Below are positions 48,020 through 56,787 of a stretch of DNA of 64,000 nt, one piece after another (position 1 is the stretch's first letter; each line of letters opens with the position of its first letter). Source of the stretch: Pseudomonadota bacterium. Lineage in GTDB: Bacteria; Pseudomonadota; Gammaproteobacteria; Burkholderiales; Burkholderiaceae_C. The notes below the pieces were generated by a model. The model was not told where the DNA came from. It searched no databases and worked only from the letters and a program-made list of their open reading frames with translations. The stretch lies in assembly GCA_020161065.1 (NCBI GenBank), contig JAIUPH010000027.1, positions 2,072 through 66,071 of the forward strand, written 5' to 3'. Both the position numbers and the translations under genes were made by a program.

Positions 48020-50025
48020 AAGTGGATCCCCTTCATCATCTGCGACAGCGCGATCGCCTCGGCTGACAGCTGCGGCTTGGCGCCCTTCTCGCCCTTGGCG
48101 GCGGCGCTGTCGGGGAACATGCGGAAGGTGGTGTTCATGATGATCTGCGTGACGCGCGGTGCCAGCGCGTGCAGCACGGCGCCGAAGGTGCCCAGCCGGG
48201 AGGCCACCTGCACCGGCTTGTCGATGCAGGCCTGCACGATCATGTCGGCCGCCTCCTCGGGCTGCAGCAGCGGCATGCTGTCGTAGATCTTGGTCGGCGC
48301 CGTCATCGGCGTGCGCACCAGCGGCATGTTGACGGTGGTGAAGGTGATCCCCTGGTCGGCGAACTCGCTGCTGGCGCAGCGCGTCCAGGCGTCCAGCGCA
48401 GCCTTGCTGGCGACGTAGGCCGAGAAGCGCGGCGCGTTGACCAGCACGCTGATCGAGCTGAGGTTGACGACGTGCCCGCGCCGCTTGGCCACCATGCCCG
48501 GCAGCAGGCCCATGGTGATGCGCAGGCTGCCGAAGTAGTTGAGCTGCATGGTGCGCTCGAAATCGTGGAAGCGGTCGTAGCTGCTCTCGATGGCGCGGCG
48601 GATCGAGCGGCCGGCGTTGTTGATCAGGTAGTCGACGCCGCCGTGCTCGCGCTCGAGCGTGGCCACGAAGTCGGCGCAGCTCTCGGCGTTGGCGATGTCG
48701 ACCTGATAACTGTGCACCTGAGGTGAATCGTTGCCGCGCTCGCGCGCGTAGGCAACGATCTCCTTCACCGCGCCGGCCAGCTTGTCGCCGTCGCGCGCGC
48801 AGATCACGGTGATGGCGCCGGCCTCGGCGAAGCGGCAGGCCGCCGACAGCCCGATGCCCGAGCTGCCGCCGGTCACCAGCACCACCTTGCCGCCCACCGC
48901 GCCCTTGAGGCTGCGGTCGACGAACAGCTGCGGGTCGAGCCGGCGCTCCCAGTAGTCCCACAGCCGCCACGCGTAGTCGCGCAGGTTGGGGCATTCGATG
49001 CCGCTGCCCTTCAGCGCCGCGTCGGTGGCGCGGCGGTCGAAGCGCGTCGGGTAGTTGACGAAGTTGAGGATGTCCTCGGGCAGGCCCAGGTCCTTCATCA
49101 CCGCGGTTCGAACGCGGCGCACCGGCGCCAGCGCCATCAGCCCCTTCTTCACGCTCTTGGGAATGAAGCCGAGCAGCGCCGCGTTGACGAACAGATTCAT
49201 CTTCGGCGCGTGCGCGGCCTTGCAGAAGATGTCGAGCACGTCGCCCACGCGGTAGCCGGTGGGGTCCACCAGGTGGAAGCAGCCGCCGCTGGCGCGCGCA
49301 TGGTGGTGGCTGATGTGGTCGAGCGCGGCGACGACGAAGTCCACCGGCACGATGTTGATGCGCCCGCCTTCGAGGCCGACGTTCGGGAACCACGGCGGCA
49401 GGATCTGCCGCATGCGCTGGATGAGCTTGAAGAAGTAGTACGGGCCGTCGATCTTGTCCATCTCGCCGGTGGTCGAGTCGCCGACCACCATCGCCGGGCG
49501 GTACACGGTCCACGGCACCTTGCACTCCTTGCGCACGATCTTCTCGCTCTCGTGCTTGGTCATGAAGTACGGGTGGTCGAGGCCCTCGGCCTCGTCGAAC
49601 ATGTCTTCGCGGAACACGCCTTCGTACAGGCCCGCGGCGGCGATGCTGCTGACGTGGTGCAGGTGCTTGGCGTCGATGGCTTTCGCAAACTCCACCAGGT
49701 TGCGCGTGCCTTCGATGTTGACGCGCATCTGGCTTTCTTCGTCGGCCGAGAGGTCGTACACCGCGGCCAGGTGGTAGACGTGGTCGATCTGCCCCTTCAG
49801 CGCCTTGATCTCGTCGGTGGCCACGCCCAGCTTCTTGGCGGTGAGGTCGCCGCTGACCGGGCGCGCGCGCGTCTTGTTCACGCCCCAGTAGTCGTACAGT
49901 TCGGCCAGCTTGCCCTCGCTGCCCGGCCGCACCAGGAAGTGCACCGTGGTGCCGCGGCGCGACAGCAAGGTCTTGACGAGGCGCTTGCCGATGAAGCCCG
50001 TGGCGCCGGTGACGAAGTACTGCAT
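48016..50025 (-). CDS. two-domain NAD(P)-dependent reductase: N-terminal fatty-acyl-CoA-reductase-like domain fused to a C-terminal classical SDR
   Basis: RBS GGAGGAG. MQYFVTGATGFIGKRL (Rossmann fold) and YFMTK (YxxxK). Second domain VLVTGGSSGIG, NNAG, YVASKAAL. 669 aa. Confidence 0.82.
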   Translation of the reverse strand: MQYFVTGATGFIGKRLVKTLLSRRGTTVHFLVRPGSEGKLAELYDYWGVNKTRARPVSGDLTAKKLGVATDEIKALKGQIDHVYHLAAVYDLSADEESQMRVNIEGTRNLVEFAKAIDAKHLHHVSSIAAAGLYEGVFREDMFDEAEGLDHPYFMTKHESEKIVRKECKVPWTVYRPAMVVGDSTTGEMDKIDGPYYFFKLIQRMRQILPPWFPNVGLEGGRINIVPVDFVVAALDHISHHHARASGGCFHLVDPTGYRVGDVLDIFCKAAHAPKMNLFVNAALLGFIPKSVKKGLMALAPVRRVRTAVMKDLGLPEDILNFVNYPTRFDRRATDAALKGSGIECPNLRDYAWRLWDYWERRLDPQLFVDRSLKGAVGGKVVLVTGGSSGIGLSAACRFAEAGAITVICARDGDKLAGAVKEIVAYARERGNDSPQVHSYQVDIANAESCADFVATLEREHGGVDYLINNAGRSIRRAIESSYDRFHDFERTMQLNYFGSLRITMGLLPGMVAKRRGHVVNLSSISVLVNAPRFSAYVASKAALDAWTRCASSEFADQGITFTTVNMPLVRTPMTAPTKIYDSMPLLQPEEAADMIVQACIDKPVQVASRLGTFGAVLHALAPRVTQIIMNTTFRMFPDSAAAKGEKGAKPQLSAEAIALSQMMKGIHF

Positions 50026-50154
50026 GCGGTCTCCTCCTGATCGTGCGAGAACCTCGCGGTGGACAAGGCTGCGGAGCATAGAGCCGTCTCACTAGAGAAT
50101 CAGGCTGTGCGCTGCCGGGGTGAACCCTATATTCCTGCGGCGCCTTCTCCCGCC

Positions 50155-50179
50155 ACGATCCACCCACGATCCACCCACG
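50155..50179. repeat. 11-bp tandem repeat ACGATCCACCC x2 plus a partial copy in the phasin leader
   Basis: 50155-50165 and 50166-50176 are identical, and 50177-50179 begins a third copy. Ends 13 nt before the phasin ATG. Confidence 0.85.
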
Positions 50180-50192
50180 CACCGAGGAAGCC

Positions 50193-50744
50193 ATGGTCAA
50201 GAAGCTCAAGAGCATCTCCGCAAAGAAGACGCAAGCCGCCGGCGGCCTGCTCGACAGCCATCTGGCGCAGACCGTCAAAGACTCGGCCCAGCAGATCTGG
50301 CTGGCCGGCATGGGCGCGTTCTCCAAGGCGCAGGCCGAAGGCGGCAAGGTGTTCGAGACGCTGGTCAAGGAAGGCCTGAACCTGCAGAAGAAGACGCAAG
50401 GCATGGCCGAGGAGAAGATCAGCGAAGTGACCGGCAAGATGAGCGCGATGGCCGACACCGTCAGCGCCAAGGCCGGGCAGAACTGGGACAAGCTGGAAGC
50501 CATCTTCGAGCAGCGCACCGCCAAGGCGATGGCCAAGCTCGGCGTGCCCACCGCCAAGGACGTGGCGGCGCTGAGCCAGCGCGTGGAAGAACTGGCCGCC
50601 GCGGTGGCGCGGCTCAACAAGGGCGCGGCGCCGGCCAAGGCCGCGGGCCGCAAGCCGGCGGCGAATGCCGCGGCGAAAACGGCAGCGAAGGCCGCGCCGC
50701 CGATGAAGGCGCCGGCCAAGCGCGCGGCGCGCAAGGCCGCCTGA
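50193..50744 (+). CDS. PHA-granule-associated (PhaF-type phasin) protein with an Ala/Lys/Pro-rich histone-like tail
   Basis: 183 aa. The N-terminal segment QIWLAGMGAFSKAQAEGGKVFETLVKEG is typical of the PhaF/PhaI phasin family. Tail: AAPAKAAGRKPAANAAAKTAAKAAPPMKAPAKRAARKAA. Confidence 0.82.
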   Translation: MVKKLKSISAKKTQAAGGLLDSHLAQTVKDSAQQIWLAGMGAFSKAQAEGGKVFETLVKEGLNLQKKTQGMAEEKISEVTGKMSAMADTVSAKAGQNWDKLEAIFEQRTAKAMAKLGVPTAKDVAALSQRVEELAAAVARLNKGAAPAKAAGRKPAANAAAKTAAKAAPPMKAPAKRAARKAA

Positions 50745-50748
50745 GACC

Positions 50749-52056
50749 ATGGCCGCGCGGCCGCGCATCGGCCTGGCGCTTGCCGGCGGCGGGCCGCTGG
50801 GGGCGATCTACGAGATCGGCGCCTTGTGCGCGCTCGACGAGTCGGTGCTCGGCCTCGACCTCAACGAGCTGACGGCTTATGTCGGCGTCTCGGCCGGCGG
50901 CTTCATCGCCGCCGGGCTGGCCAACGGCATGCGGCCGCGCGAGTTGTACGACTCGTTCATCGAGAACACCGGCCCGGCCGACGACGTCATTAGCCCGGCG
51001 CTGTTCGCGCGCCCGGCCTGGGGCGAACTGGCCGGTCGCCTGCGTCGGCTGCCGGCGCTGGTGCTGCAGGCGGCGGCCGACTTCGCGTTCGGCGGCGGCC
51101 GTTGGCTGCCGGCGGTGGAGCGGCTGGGCCGCGGCCTGCCGACGGGCCTGTTCAGCAACGGGCCGCTGGAAGCGCAGATGCGCCGCGTGCTCTCGGCGCC
51201 GGGGCGCAGCAACGACTTCCGCCAACTGCGCCGCAAGCTGGTGCTGGTGGCCACCGACCTCGACAGCGGCCAGTCGCTGCCCTTCGGCCAGCCGGGGCTG
51301 GACCATGTGCCGATCTCGCAGGCCATCGCCGCCAGCGCGGCGCTGCCGGGGCTGTTCCCGCCGGTGACGATCGACGGCCGCAGCTGCGTCGACGGCGCGC
51401 TGAAGAAGACGCTGCACGCGCGCGTGCTGCTCGACCTCGGGCTCGACCTCGTGCTGTGCCTGAACCCGCTGGTGCCCTTCGATGCCAGCCGCGGCCGCCA
51501 CCGCATCGGCGACCGCGACCGCATCCCGCGCCTGGTGGACGGCGGCCTGCCGGTGGTGCTGAGCCAGACCTTCCGCACGCTGATCCACTCGCGGCTGGAG
51601 CTCGGCCTGCTGGGCTACCGCAGCAGCCACCCCGACACCGACATCGTGCTGTTCGAGCCCGACCAGCGCGACCCCGAGATGTTCCTGGCCAACACCTTCG
51701 CCTACGGCCAGCGGCGCGCGCTGGCCGAGCACGCCTACCAGCAGACCCGCGCGGACTTGCGCGCCCGCCGCGGCCGCTTGCGCGCCACGCTGGCGCGCCA
51801 CGGCCTGCGGCTGGACGACGCGGCGCTCGACGAGCGCCGCCATCTCGGCAGCCGTCTCGGCCGCCACCTCGGCGCCATCGGCGCCCACAGCGGCCCCGCG
51901 CTGCAGACCCTCAAGCGCCTGGACGAAGTGCTGACCGACCTCGAGCAGGCGCTGCCGCGCTTCGATCAGCGCGCGGCGGCAGCAGCGGCGGGCGCGGCGG
52001 CAGCGGCGGGCGCAGCGGCAGCGCCGTCCAGCAGCCGCCGGTACAGCGCCACGTAG
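50749..52056 (+). CDS. patatin-like phospholipase
   Basis: 435 aa. Oxyanion LAGGGPLGA, nucleophile GVSAGG, catalytic Asp in VDGAL. Begins 5 nt after the phasin stop. Confidence 0.88.
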   Translation: MAARPRIGLALAGGGPLGAIYEIGALCALDESVLGLDLNELTAYVGVSAGGFIAAGLANGMRPRELYDSFIENTGPADDVISPALFARPAWGELAGRLRRLPALVLQAAADFAFGGGRWLPAVERLGRGLPTGLFSNGPLEAQMRRVLSAPGRSNDFRQLRRKLVLVATDLDSGQSLPFGQPGLDHVPISQAIAASAALPGLFPPVTIDGRSCVDGALKKTLHARVLLDLGLDLVLCLNPLVPFDASRGRHRIGDRDRIPRLVDGGLPVVLSQTFRTLIHSRLELGLLGYRSSHPDTDIVLFEPDQRDPEMFLANTFAYGQRRALAEHAYQQTRADLRARRGRLRATLARHGLRLDDAALDERRHLGSRLGRHLGAIGAHSGPALQTLKRLDEVLTDLEQALPRFDQRAAAAAAGAAAAAGAAAAPSSSRRYSAT

Positions 52057-53105
52057 CCGTCGACGCAGGCCGCCCAGCGGTAGCGCGCCGCCCAGCGCCG
52101 CACGGCCTCGGCACGCGCCGCGTCGTGGCGCGCCAGGCCGGAGAGCACGGTCTGCCGCATGCCCTGCGGCTCGAAGCTGTCGAAATAGTACGCGGCGTCG
52201 CCGCCGACCTCGGGCAGGCAGGTGCAGCGCGACAGGAACACCGGCCGCCCGAAGTGCATGGCCTCGATCGGCGGCAGCCCGAAGCCTTCGGCCAGCGACG
52301 GGAACAGGAAGCCGGCGCAATGCGCGTAGAGCCAGGCCTTCTGCGCGTCGTCGAGGTCGAGCAGCAGCTCCACGTTGTGCAGCCCGAGCGCGCGGATGCG
52401 CGCGGCCAGCGCGTCGGTGTAGCGGCTGCGCGGCCCGGCCAGCAGCAGCCGTTGTGCCGGCCAGTGCAGCGCCAGCCGCAGCAGCGCCTCGATGTTCTTC
52501 GAAGGCGCCATGCGGCTCAGGTGCAGCAGGTAGGGCGCGCCTTGCGCCTGCGGCACCGGCTGCGCCGGCGCGCCGCTGAGATCGGTGGCGCCGTTGACGA
52601 TGACCTCGGCCTGCGCGCCGGTCTCGCGCGCCAGCTCGCCGGCCACGTAGCGCGTGATGGCCACCGCGGTGGCGCCCTGCAGCCGCTGCTGCAGCCGCCA
52701 GCGGTAGCGCGCCAGCGCCAGGCCGCGCTTGTCGTGCAGGAAGTTGAGGTCGTGCACCGTCTCCAGGCGCAGCGCCGCGCCGGCCGCCGGGCGCAGCCGG
52801 TTGTGCTGGTGCAGCCGGTGCCACAGCGCAAACGGCTGCAGCGGCCGGTGCCACCAGCGCTGCTGCGGCTGCACGTCGAGGTAGCCGAGCCGCTCGCCGA
52901 ACAGGCCGTGCCAGCGCCGCGGCAGGTGCAGGTGCAGTTGGATGGCGTCGCGTCGGCGCAGTTCGTCGGCGCGCTCGGCCAGGCCTTCGGCGAGGCGGCG
53001 CGAGAACTCGCCCAGCCCGTCGTGCCAATGCTGCAAAGCGCCCAGGCTGACGCCGACGTGGCGCAGCGGCAGCGGCAGGGCTGCCGTCCTCGCGGTTCCC
53101 GGCAT
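51966..53105 (-). CDS. glycosyltransferase (GT4 / group 1)
   Basis: Start MPGTARTAALPL (cat at 53103-53105; 1-nt overlap with the upstream stop). PSLAEGFGLPPIEAM motif. 379 aa with a poly-Ala tail. Confidence 0.82.
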   Translation of the reverse strand: MPGTARTAALPLPLRHVGVSLGALQHWHDGLGEFSRRLAEGLAERADELRRRDAIQLHLHLPRRWHGLFGERLGYLDVQPQQRWWHRPLQPFALWHRLHQHNRLRPAAGAALRLETVHDLNFLHDKRGLALARYRWRLQQRLQGATAVAITRYVAGELARETGAQAEVIVNGATDLSGAPAQPVPQAQGAPYLLHLSRMAPSKNIEALLRLALHWPAQRLLLAGPRSRYTDALAARIRALGLHNVELLLDLDDAQKAWLYAHCAGFLFPSLAEGFGLPPIEAMHFGRPVFLSRCTCLPEVGGDAAYYFDSFEPQGMRQTVLSGLARHDAARAEAVRRWAARYRWAACVDGYVALYRRLLDGAAAAPAAAAAPAAAAAAR

Positions 53106-54205
53106 CAACGCATCAGGCTCAGCGCGCCCGCCGGCTCGGCCTGGCGCGGCGGCGGCACCGCCAGCGCGCCGGGCGCCGGCAGGCCGGCCAGGCGGCGCTC
53201 GGTGGCCAGCAGCACCTCGTCGACCGACGGCCATTGCGGCCAGCGCCGCAGCACCTGCACGCCGCTGCCCCAGGGGCCCCAGAACTCCGGCGGCGTCGGG
53301 CCGAGCACACTGAGCACCGGCGCGTCGACGGCGGCGGCGAGGTGCGCCGGGCCGGTGTCGTTGGCCACCACCAGCGCCGCGCGGCGCAGCAGCGCGCCGT
53401 AGGCGCCCAGGCGCACGCCGGGCAGCAGGGTCACGCCGGGGTAGTCGGCCTGCGCCTGGGCTTCCTCGCCGGGGCCGGGGCACAGCAGCACCTCGCGGCC
53501 CAGCTCGCGCAGGCGGCGGGCAAAGGCCGGGAAGTCGGGCCAGTCCTTCCGCTGCTTTTCGTACAGCCCGCCGGTGAAAGGGCAGATGACGATGAAGCCG
53601 GCGCCGATGCCGCGCAGCAGCGCGTCGGCCTGCTGCTCGCCGGCTTCGGGCGTGCGCAGGCCGATGCGGCGCGGCGCCGGCAGCGGCTGGCCCAGCAGGT
53701 GGCCGGCGAGGTCCCAGTAGACCTGCAGCGCGTGGTCGCGGCGCTGCAGCGGCGCGGCGCGGCGCAGCAGCAGGCTGCGGCCGTCGGTGGCGTAGCCGAT
53801 GGCGCGCAAGCCGGCGCGCCGCGTCTCCCAGGCGCTGGAAAAAGAGTGCGTCAGCACCAGGGTGTTGAGCCGGCGGTCGAAGCCGGCGTCGACGGCCAGC
53901 GCTTCCTGGCGCAGACGGCGCCACAGCGCCACGCGCTCGGCGCCGGTGGCGGGATGGCGGTGCACCGGCCAGCCGTGGCCGGCCAGCAGTTCGCTCGCCC
54001 AGCCCGGGCCGACGAGCTGCAACCGGTAGCCGCGCGCGGCCAGCCACTGCAGCGCCGGCAGCCCCAGGATCACGTCGCCCACCCAGTTGCGCAGACGGAC
54101 GAGCAAGGGGCGATCGGGCGACGGCATGCAGGGGTCGAAAGGCAACAGCAACGGCTCCGACGATGCTGTCGTCGCCGTGTATCCGCTCTGTTGCGCTTGT
54201 GTCAC
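53105..54205 (-). CDS. glycosyltransferase family 9 (heptosyltransferase-like)
   Basis: 366 aa. ...LLVRLRNWVGDVILGLPAL...VANDTGPAHLAAA... The start may be the internal MPSPDRP. Confidence 0.8.
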   Translation of the reverse strand: MTQAQQSGYTATTASSEPLLLPFDPCMPSPDRPLLVRLRNWVGDVILGLPALQWLAARGYRLQLVGPGWASELLAGHGWPVHRHPATGAERVALWRRLRQEALAVDAGFDRRLNTLVLTHSFSSAWETRRAGLRAIGYATDGRSLLLRRAAPLQRRDHALQVYWDLAGHLLGQPLPAPRRIGLRTPEAGEQQADALLRGIGAGFIVICPFTGGLYEKQRKDWPDFPAFARRLRELGREVLLCPGPGEEAQAQADYPGVTLLPGVRLGAYGALLRRAALVVANDTGPAHLAAAVDAPVLSVLGPTPPEFWGPWGSGVQVLRRWPQWPSVDEVLLATERRLAGLPAPGALAVPPPRQAEPAGALSLMR

Positions 54206-54223
54206 GGGTGTGAAGCGATCGCC

Positions 54224-55726
54224 TCAGCCGCCAAGGTAGCGCGCTTCGAGGTGCGCTTTGAAGTGTGCCGGATTCAGCGCCTCGCCGCTGGCGCGCAGCG
54301 CCAGTTCGTCGGTGGTCCAGCGGCTGGCCTGGGTCCAGATGTTGCGGCGCAGCCAGTCGAACACCGGCGCCAGGTCGCCCTGGCCGATGCGCGCGTCGAG
54401 CTCGGGCTGCGCGCGGCGCATCGCGGCGAACCACTGCGCGGCGTACATGGCGCCCAGCGAATAACAAGGGAAATAGCCGAACAAGGCCTCGGGCCAGTGC
54501 ACGTCCTGCAGCGGCCCGTCGCGGAAGTTGCCGCGCGTGTCGACGCCCAGCAGCTCCATCATCCTGGCGTCCCACAACGCGGGCACGTCCTCGGGCTCGA
54601 TCTCGCCTTCGATCAGCGCGCGCTCGATCTCGTAGCGCAGCATGATGTGCGCCGGGTAGCTGACCTCGTCGGCATCGACGCGGATCGGCCCCGGCTTCAC
54701 CCGCGTCAGCAGCCGCTGCAGGTTGGCGGGCTCGAACGCCGGCTGCGCGCCGAAAGCCTCGGCGATCAGCGGCGCGATCAGCGCGACGAAGCCCGGGTGC
54801 GCGCCGAGCTGCATCTCGAAGGCCAGGCTCTGGCTTTCGTGGATGGCCATCGAGCGCGCCAGCGCCACCGGCTGGCCGAGCAGTTCGCGCGGCAGGTTCT
54901 GCTCGTAGCGGCCGTGGCCGGTCTCGTGCACCGTGCCCATCAGCGAGACGAGGAACTCGTCGTCCTGGAAGCGCGTGGTCAGCCGCACGTCCTCGGGCAC
55001 GCCGCCGCAGAACGGGTGCGTCGACACGTCCAGCCGGCCGGCTTCGAAGTCGAAGCCCAGCAGCCGCATCACGCGCTCGCACAGCGCGCGCTGCGCCGCC
55101 GGCGGGAACGGGCCCTGCGGGGCGACCACCAGCGGCTGCTGCGCCTGGCGCTGCAGCACCTGGCGGATCCGCCCCGGCAGCCATTGCCGCAGCTCGCCGA
55201 ACACGCGGTCGACCGTGGCGCAACGCAGGCCCGGCTCGTACAGGTCCATCAGCGCCTCGTAGCGCGAAGTGCCGCTGCGCTCGGCCAGCAGCGCGGCCTG
55301 CTCGCGGCCGATGGCCAGCACCTCGCGGAAGTTGGCGACGAAGCCGGCCCAGTCGTTGGCCGGGCGCTGCCGGCGCCAGGCGTGCTCGCAGCGCGCGGTG
55401 GCCAGCGCGCGGCGCTGCACCAGCGACTCGGGCAGCGCCGTGGCCTGCAGCCAGCCGCGGCGCATCTCGCGCAGGTTGGCGCGCTGCAGCTCGCCCAGCG
55501 GCTCGGCCTCGGCGGCGGCGATGCGCGGGCCCAGCGACGGGTCGGTGCCGACGCGGTGCAGCAGCGCGGCGATCTCGGCCAGCGCCGCGGCGCGCGCGTC
55601 GTTGCCCTTGGGCGGCATGTTGGCCGCCTGGTCCCAGCCGGCCATGGCCTGCAGGTGGCCCAGGTGGTGCAGCCGCAGATGGGTGCCGGCCAGTTCGTCG
55701 TAGGCCGGCGTGGCGGTGCTGGACAT
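54224..55726 (-). CDS. M32 carboxypeptidase (Taq-type)
   Basis: Start MSSTATPAYDEL (cat at 55724-55726). Motifs HETGHGRY (HExxH), IHESQS and DVHW. 500 aa. Confidence 0.9.
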   Translation of the reverse strand: MSSTATPAYDELAGTHLRLHHLGHLQAMAGWDQAANMPPKGNDARAAALAEIAALLHRVGTDPSLGPRIAAAEAEPLGELQRANLREMRRGWLQATALPESLVQRRALATARCEHAWRRQRPANDWAGFVANFREVLAIGREQAALLAERSGTSRYEALMDLYEPGLRCATVDRVFGELRQWLPGRIRQVLQRQAQQPLVVAPQGPFPPAAQRALCERVMRLLGFDFEAGRLDVSTHPFCGGVPEDVRLTTRFQDDEFLVSLMGTVHETGHGRYEQNLPRELLGQPVALARSMAIHESQSLAFEMQLGAHPGFVALIAPLIAEAFGAQPAFEPANLQRLLTRVKPGPIRVDADEVSYPAHIMLRYEIERALIEGEIEPEDVPALWDARMMELLGVDTRGNFRDGPLQDVHWPEALFGYFPCYSLGAMYAAQWFAAMRRAQPELDARIGQGDLAPVFDWLRRNIWTQASRWTTDELALRASGEALNPAHFKAHLEARYLGG

Positions 55727-55781
55727 GCCGCACGCTCCTGTGGTGGCTTCGCTCAAGGCGGCGATTGTGGCCGCCCCTGGC

Positions 55782-56267
55782 TTACGGGTGCAGGTGCTGC
55801 GGAAACACCCACAGCAGCGCCGCCGTCATCACCACATAACGGCCAAATTTGCCGACCGCCATGTAGGCCACGCAGGGCCAGAACGGCATGCGCAGCCAGC
55901 CGGCCACGGCGCACAGCGGGTCGCCCACGCCGGGCAGCCAGCTCAGCAGGCAGGCCTTGGGGCCGAAGCGCTGCAGCCAGGCCAGCGCCTTCACTTCCAG
56001 CGGCTTGTGGTGGGCCACGCGCTCGTAGGCGCGCTCGATGCCGTAGCCCATCCACCAGCTGATGGCGCCGCCGATGGTGTTGCCCGCGGTGGCCACCAGC
56101 ACCGCCGGCCAGAACAGCGCCGGGTTGAGCTTGACGAGGCCGAAGACCACCGGCTCGCTGCCCAGCGGCAGCAGCGTGGCCGAGATCAGGCTGACCAGGA
56201 AGGCCGTGGACAGGCCGAACTTCGGCAAGGCCAGGGTGGCCAGCAGTGCTTCGATCCACGCCTCCAT
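55782..56267 (-). CDS. YqaA-family (DedA-related) membrane protein
   Basis: 161 aa. ...SATLLPLGSEPVVFGLV... Confidence 0.8.
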   Translation of the reverse strand: MEAWIEALLATLALPKFGLSTAFLVSLISATLLPLGSEPVVFGLVKLNPALFWPAVLVATAGNTIGGAISWWMGYGIERAYERVAHHKPLEVKALAWLQRFGPKACLLSWLPGVGDPLCAVAGWLRMPFWPCVAYMAVGKFGRYVVMTAALLWVFPQHLHP

Positions 56268-56303
56268 CGGCGCGGATTATCAGCGGGGCAGCGTCGGCCC
56301 TTC

Positions 56304-56543
56304 TCAGTCCTTGCGGGTGGCGCGAATGGTGGGGACGGCCGCCGTGCGGCGGCGGCGCAGCGCGATCAGCGCCAGCCCGGCCATGCCGGCCAGCGCCACG
56401 CTGCCGGGCTCGGGCACGGTGTTGGCGGGGGCGTCGGGCGCCGGCGTCGGCGGCGGCAGCGCGCCGGCGTCGCCGGCATGCGCCCACAGCGGCGCGCTCA
56501 GCGCGGCGGCGATCAGGGTGGCTTGCAACCAGGGTTTGCGCAT
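56304..56543 (-). CDS. minimal PEP-CTERM protein (signal peptide, about 20-aa Pro-rich linker, sorting domain)
   Basis: 79 aa. MRKPWLQATLIAAALSAPLWAHA / GDAGALPPPTPAPDAPANT / VPEPGSVALAGMAGLALIALRRRR plus 13 further residues. Confidence 0.65.
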   Translation of the reverse strand: MRKPWLQATLIAAALSAPLWAHAGDAGALPPPTPAPDAPANTVPEPGSVALAGMAGLALIALRRRRTAAVPTIRATRKD

Positions 56544-56787
56544 GGTCGGGAACTCGCTTGTCGTTGAAGAGTGGCGGCCACCTTAGCCGGCACGCCGGCC
56601 GGCGCGGCGCCCACGCCCGCCGGGCCGTGCAAGTTGCCCGCGAAGTCCCCGCGTCCGGGGGTGAAACAGCCCTTGCGCGCCCCGGTCGCCACCCGGGGGC
56701 GGCGGCAGCGCGCCGCTATACTGCGCGTCCTTTTTCGGGCTGCCGCCGGCGCCCGTTGGCCCCTCCCCTTTCACCGTTTGCGCCCGC

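Noticed and set aside
46445-50734. 1429-aa minus-strand ORF spanning lysA, the LuxR-type gene, the reductase and the phasin
   Set aside because: It crosses four independently supported genes on both strands in a single off-frame. Composition is extremely Arg/Ala/Pro/Gly-rich. There is no start context.
53106-55733. Upstream 876 codons of the 1255-aa ORF 51966..55733
   Set aside because: Only the last 379 codons look like a glycosyltransferase. The remainder overlaps the GT9 and M32 genes in another frame. The ATG at 53105 lies exactly at the upstream gene's stop.
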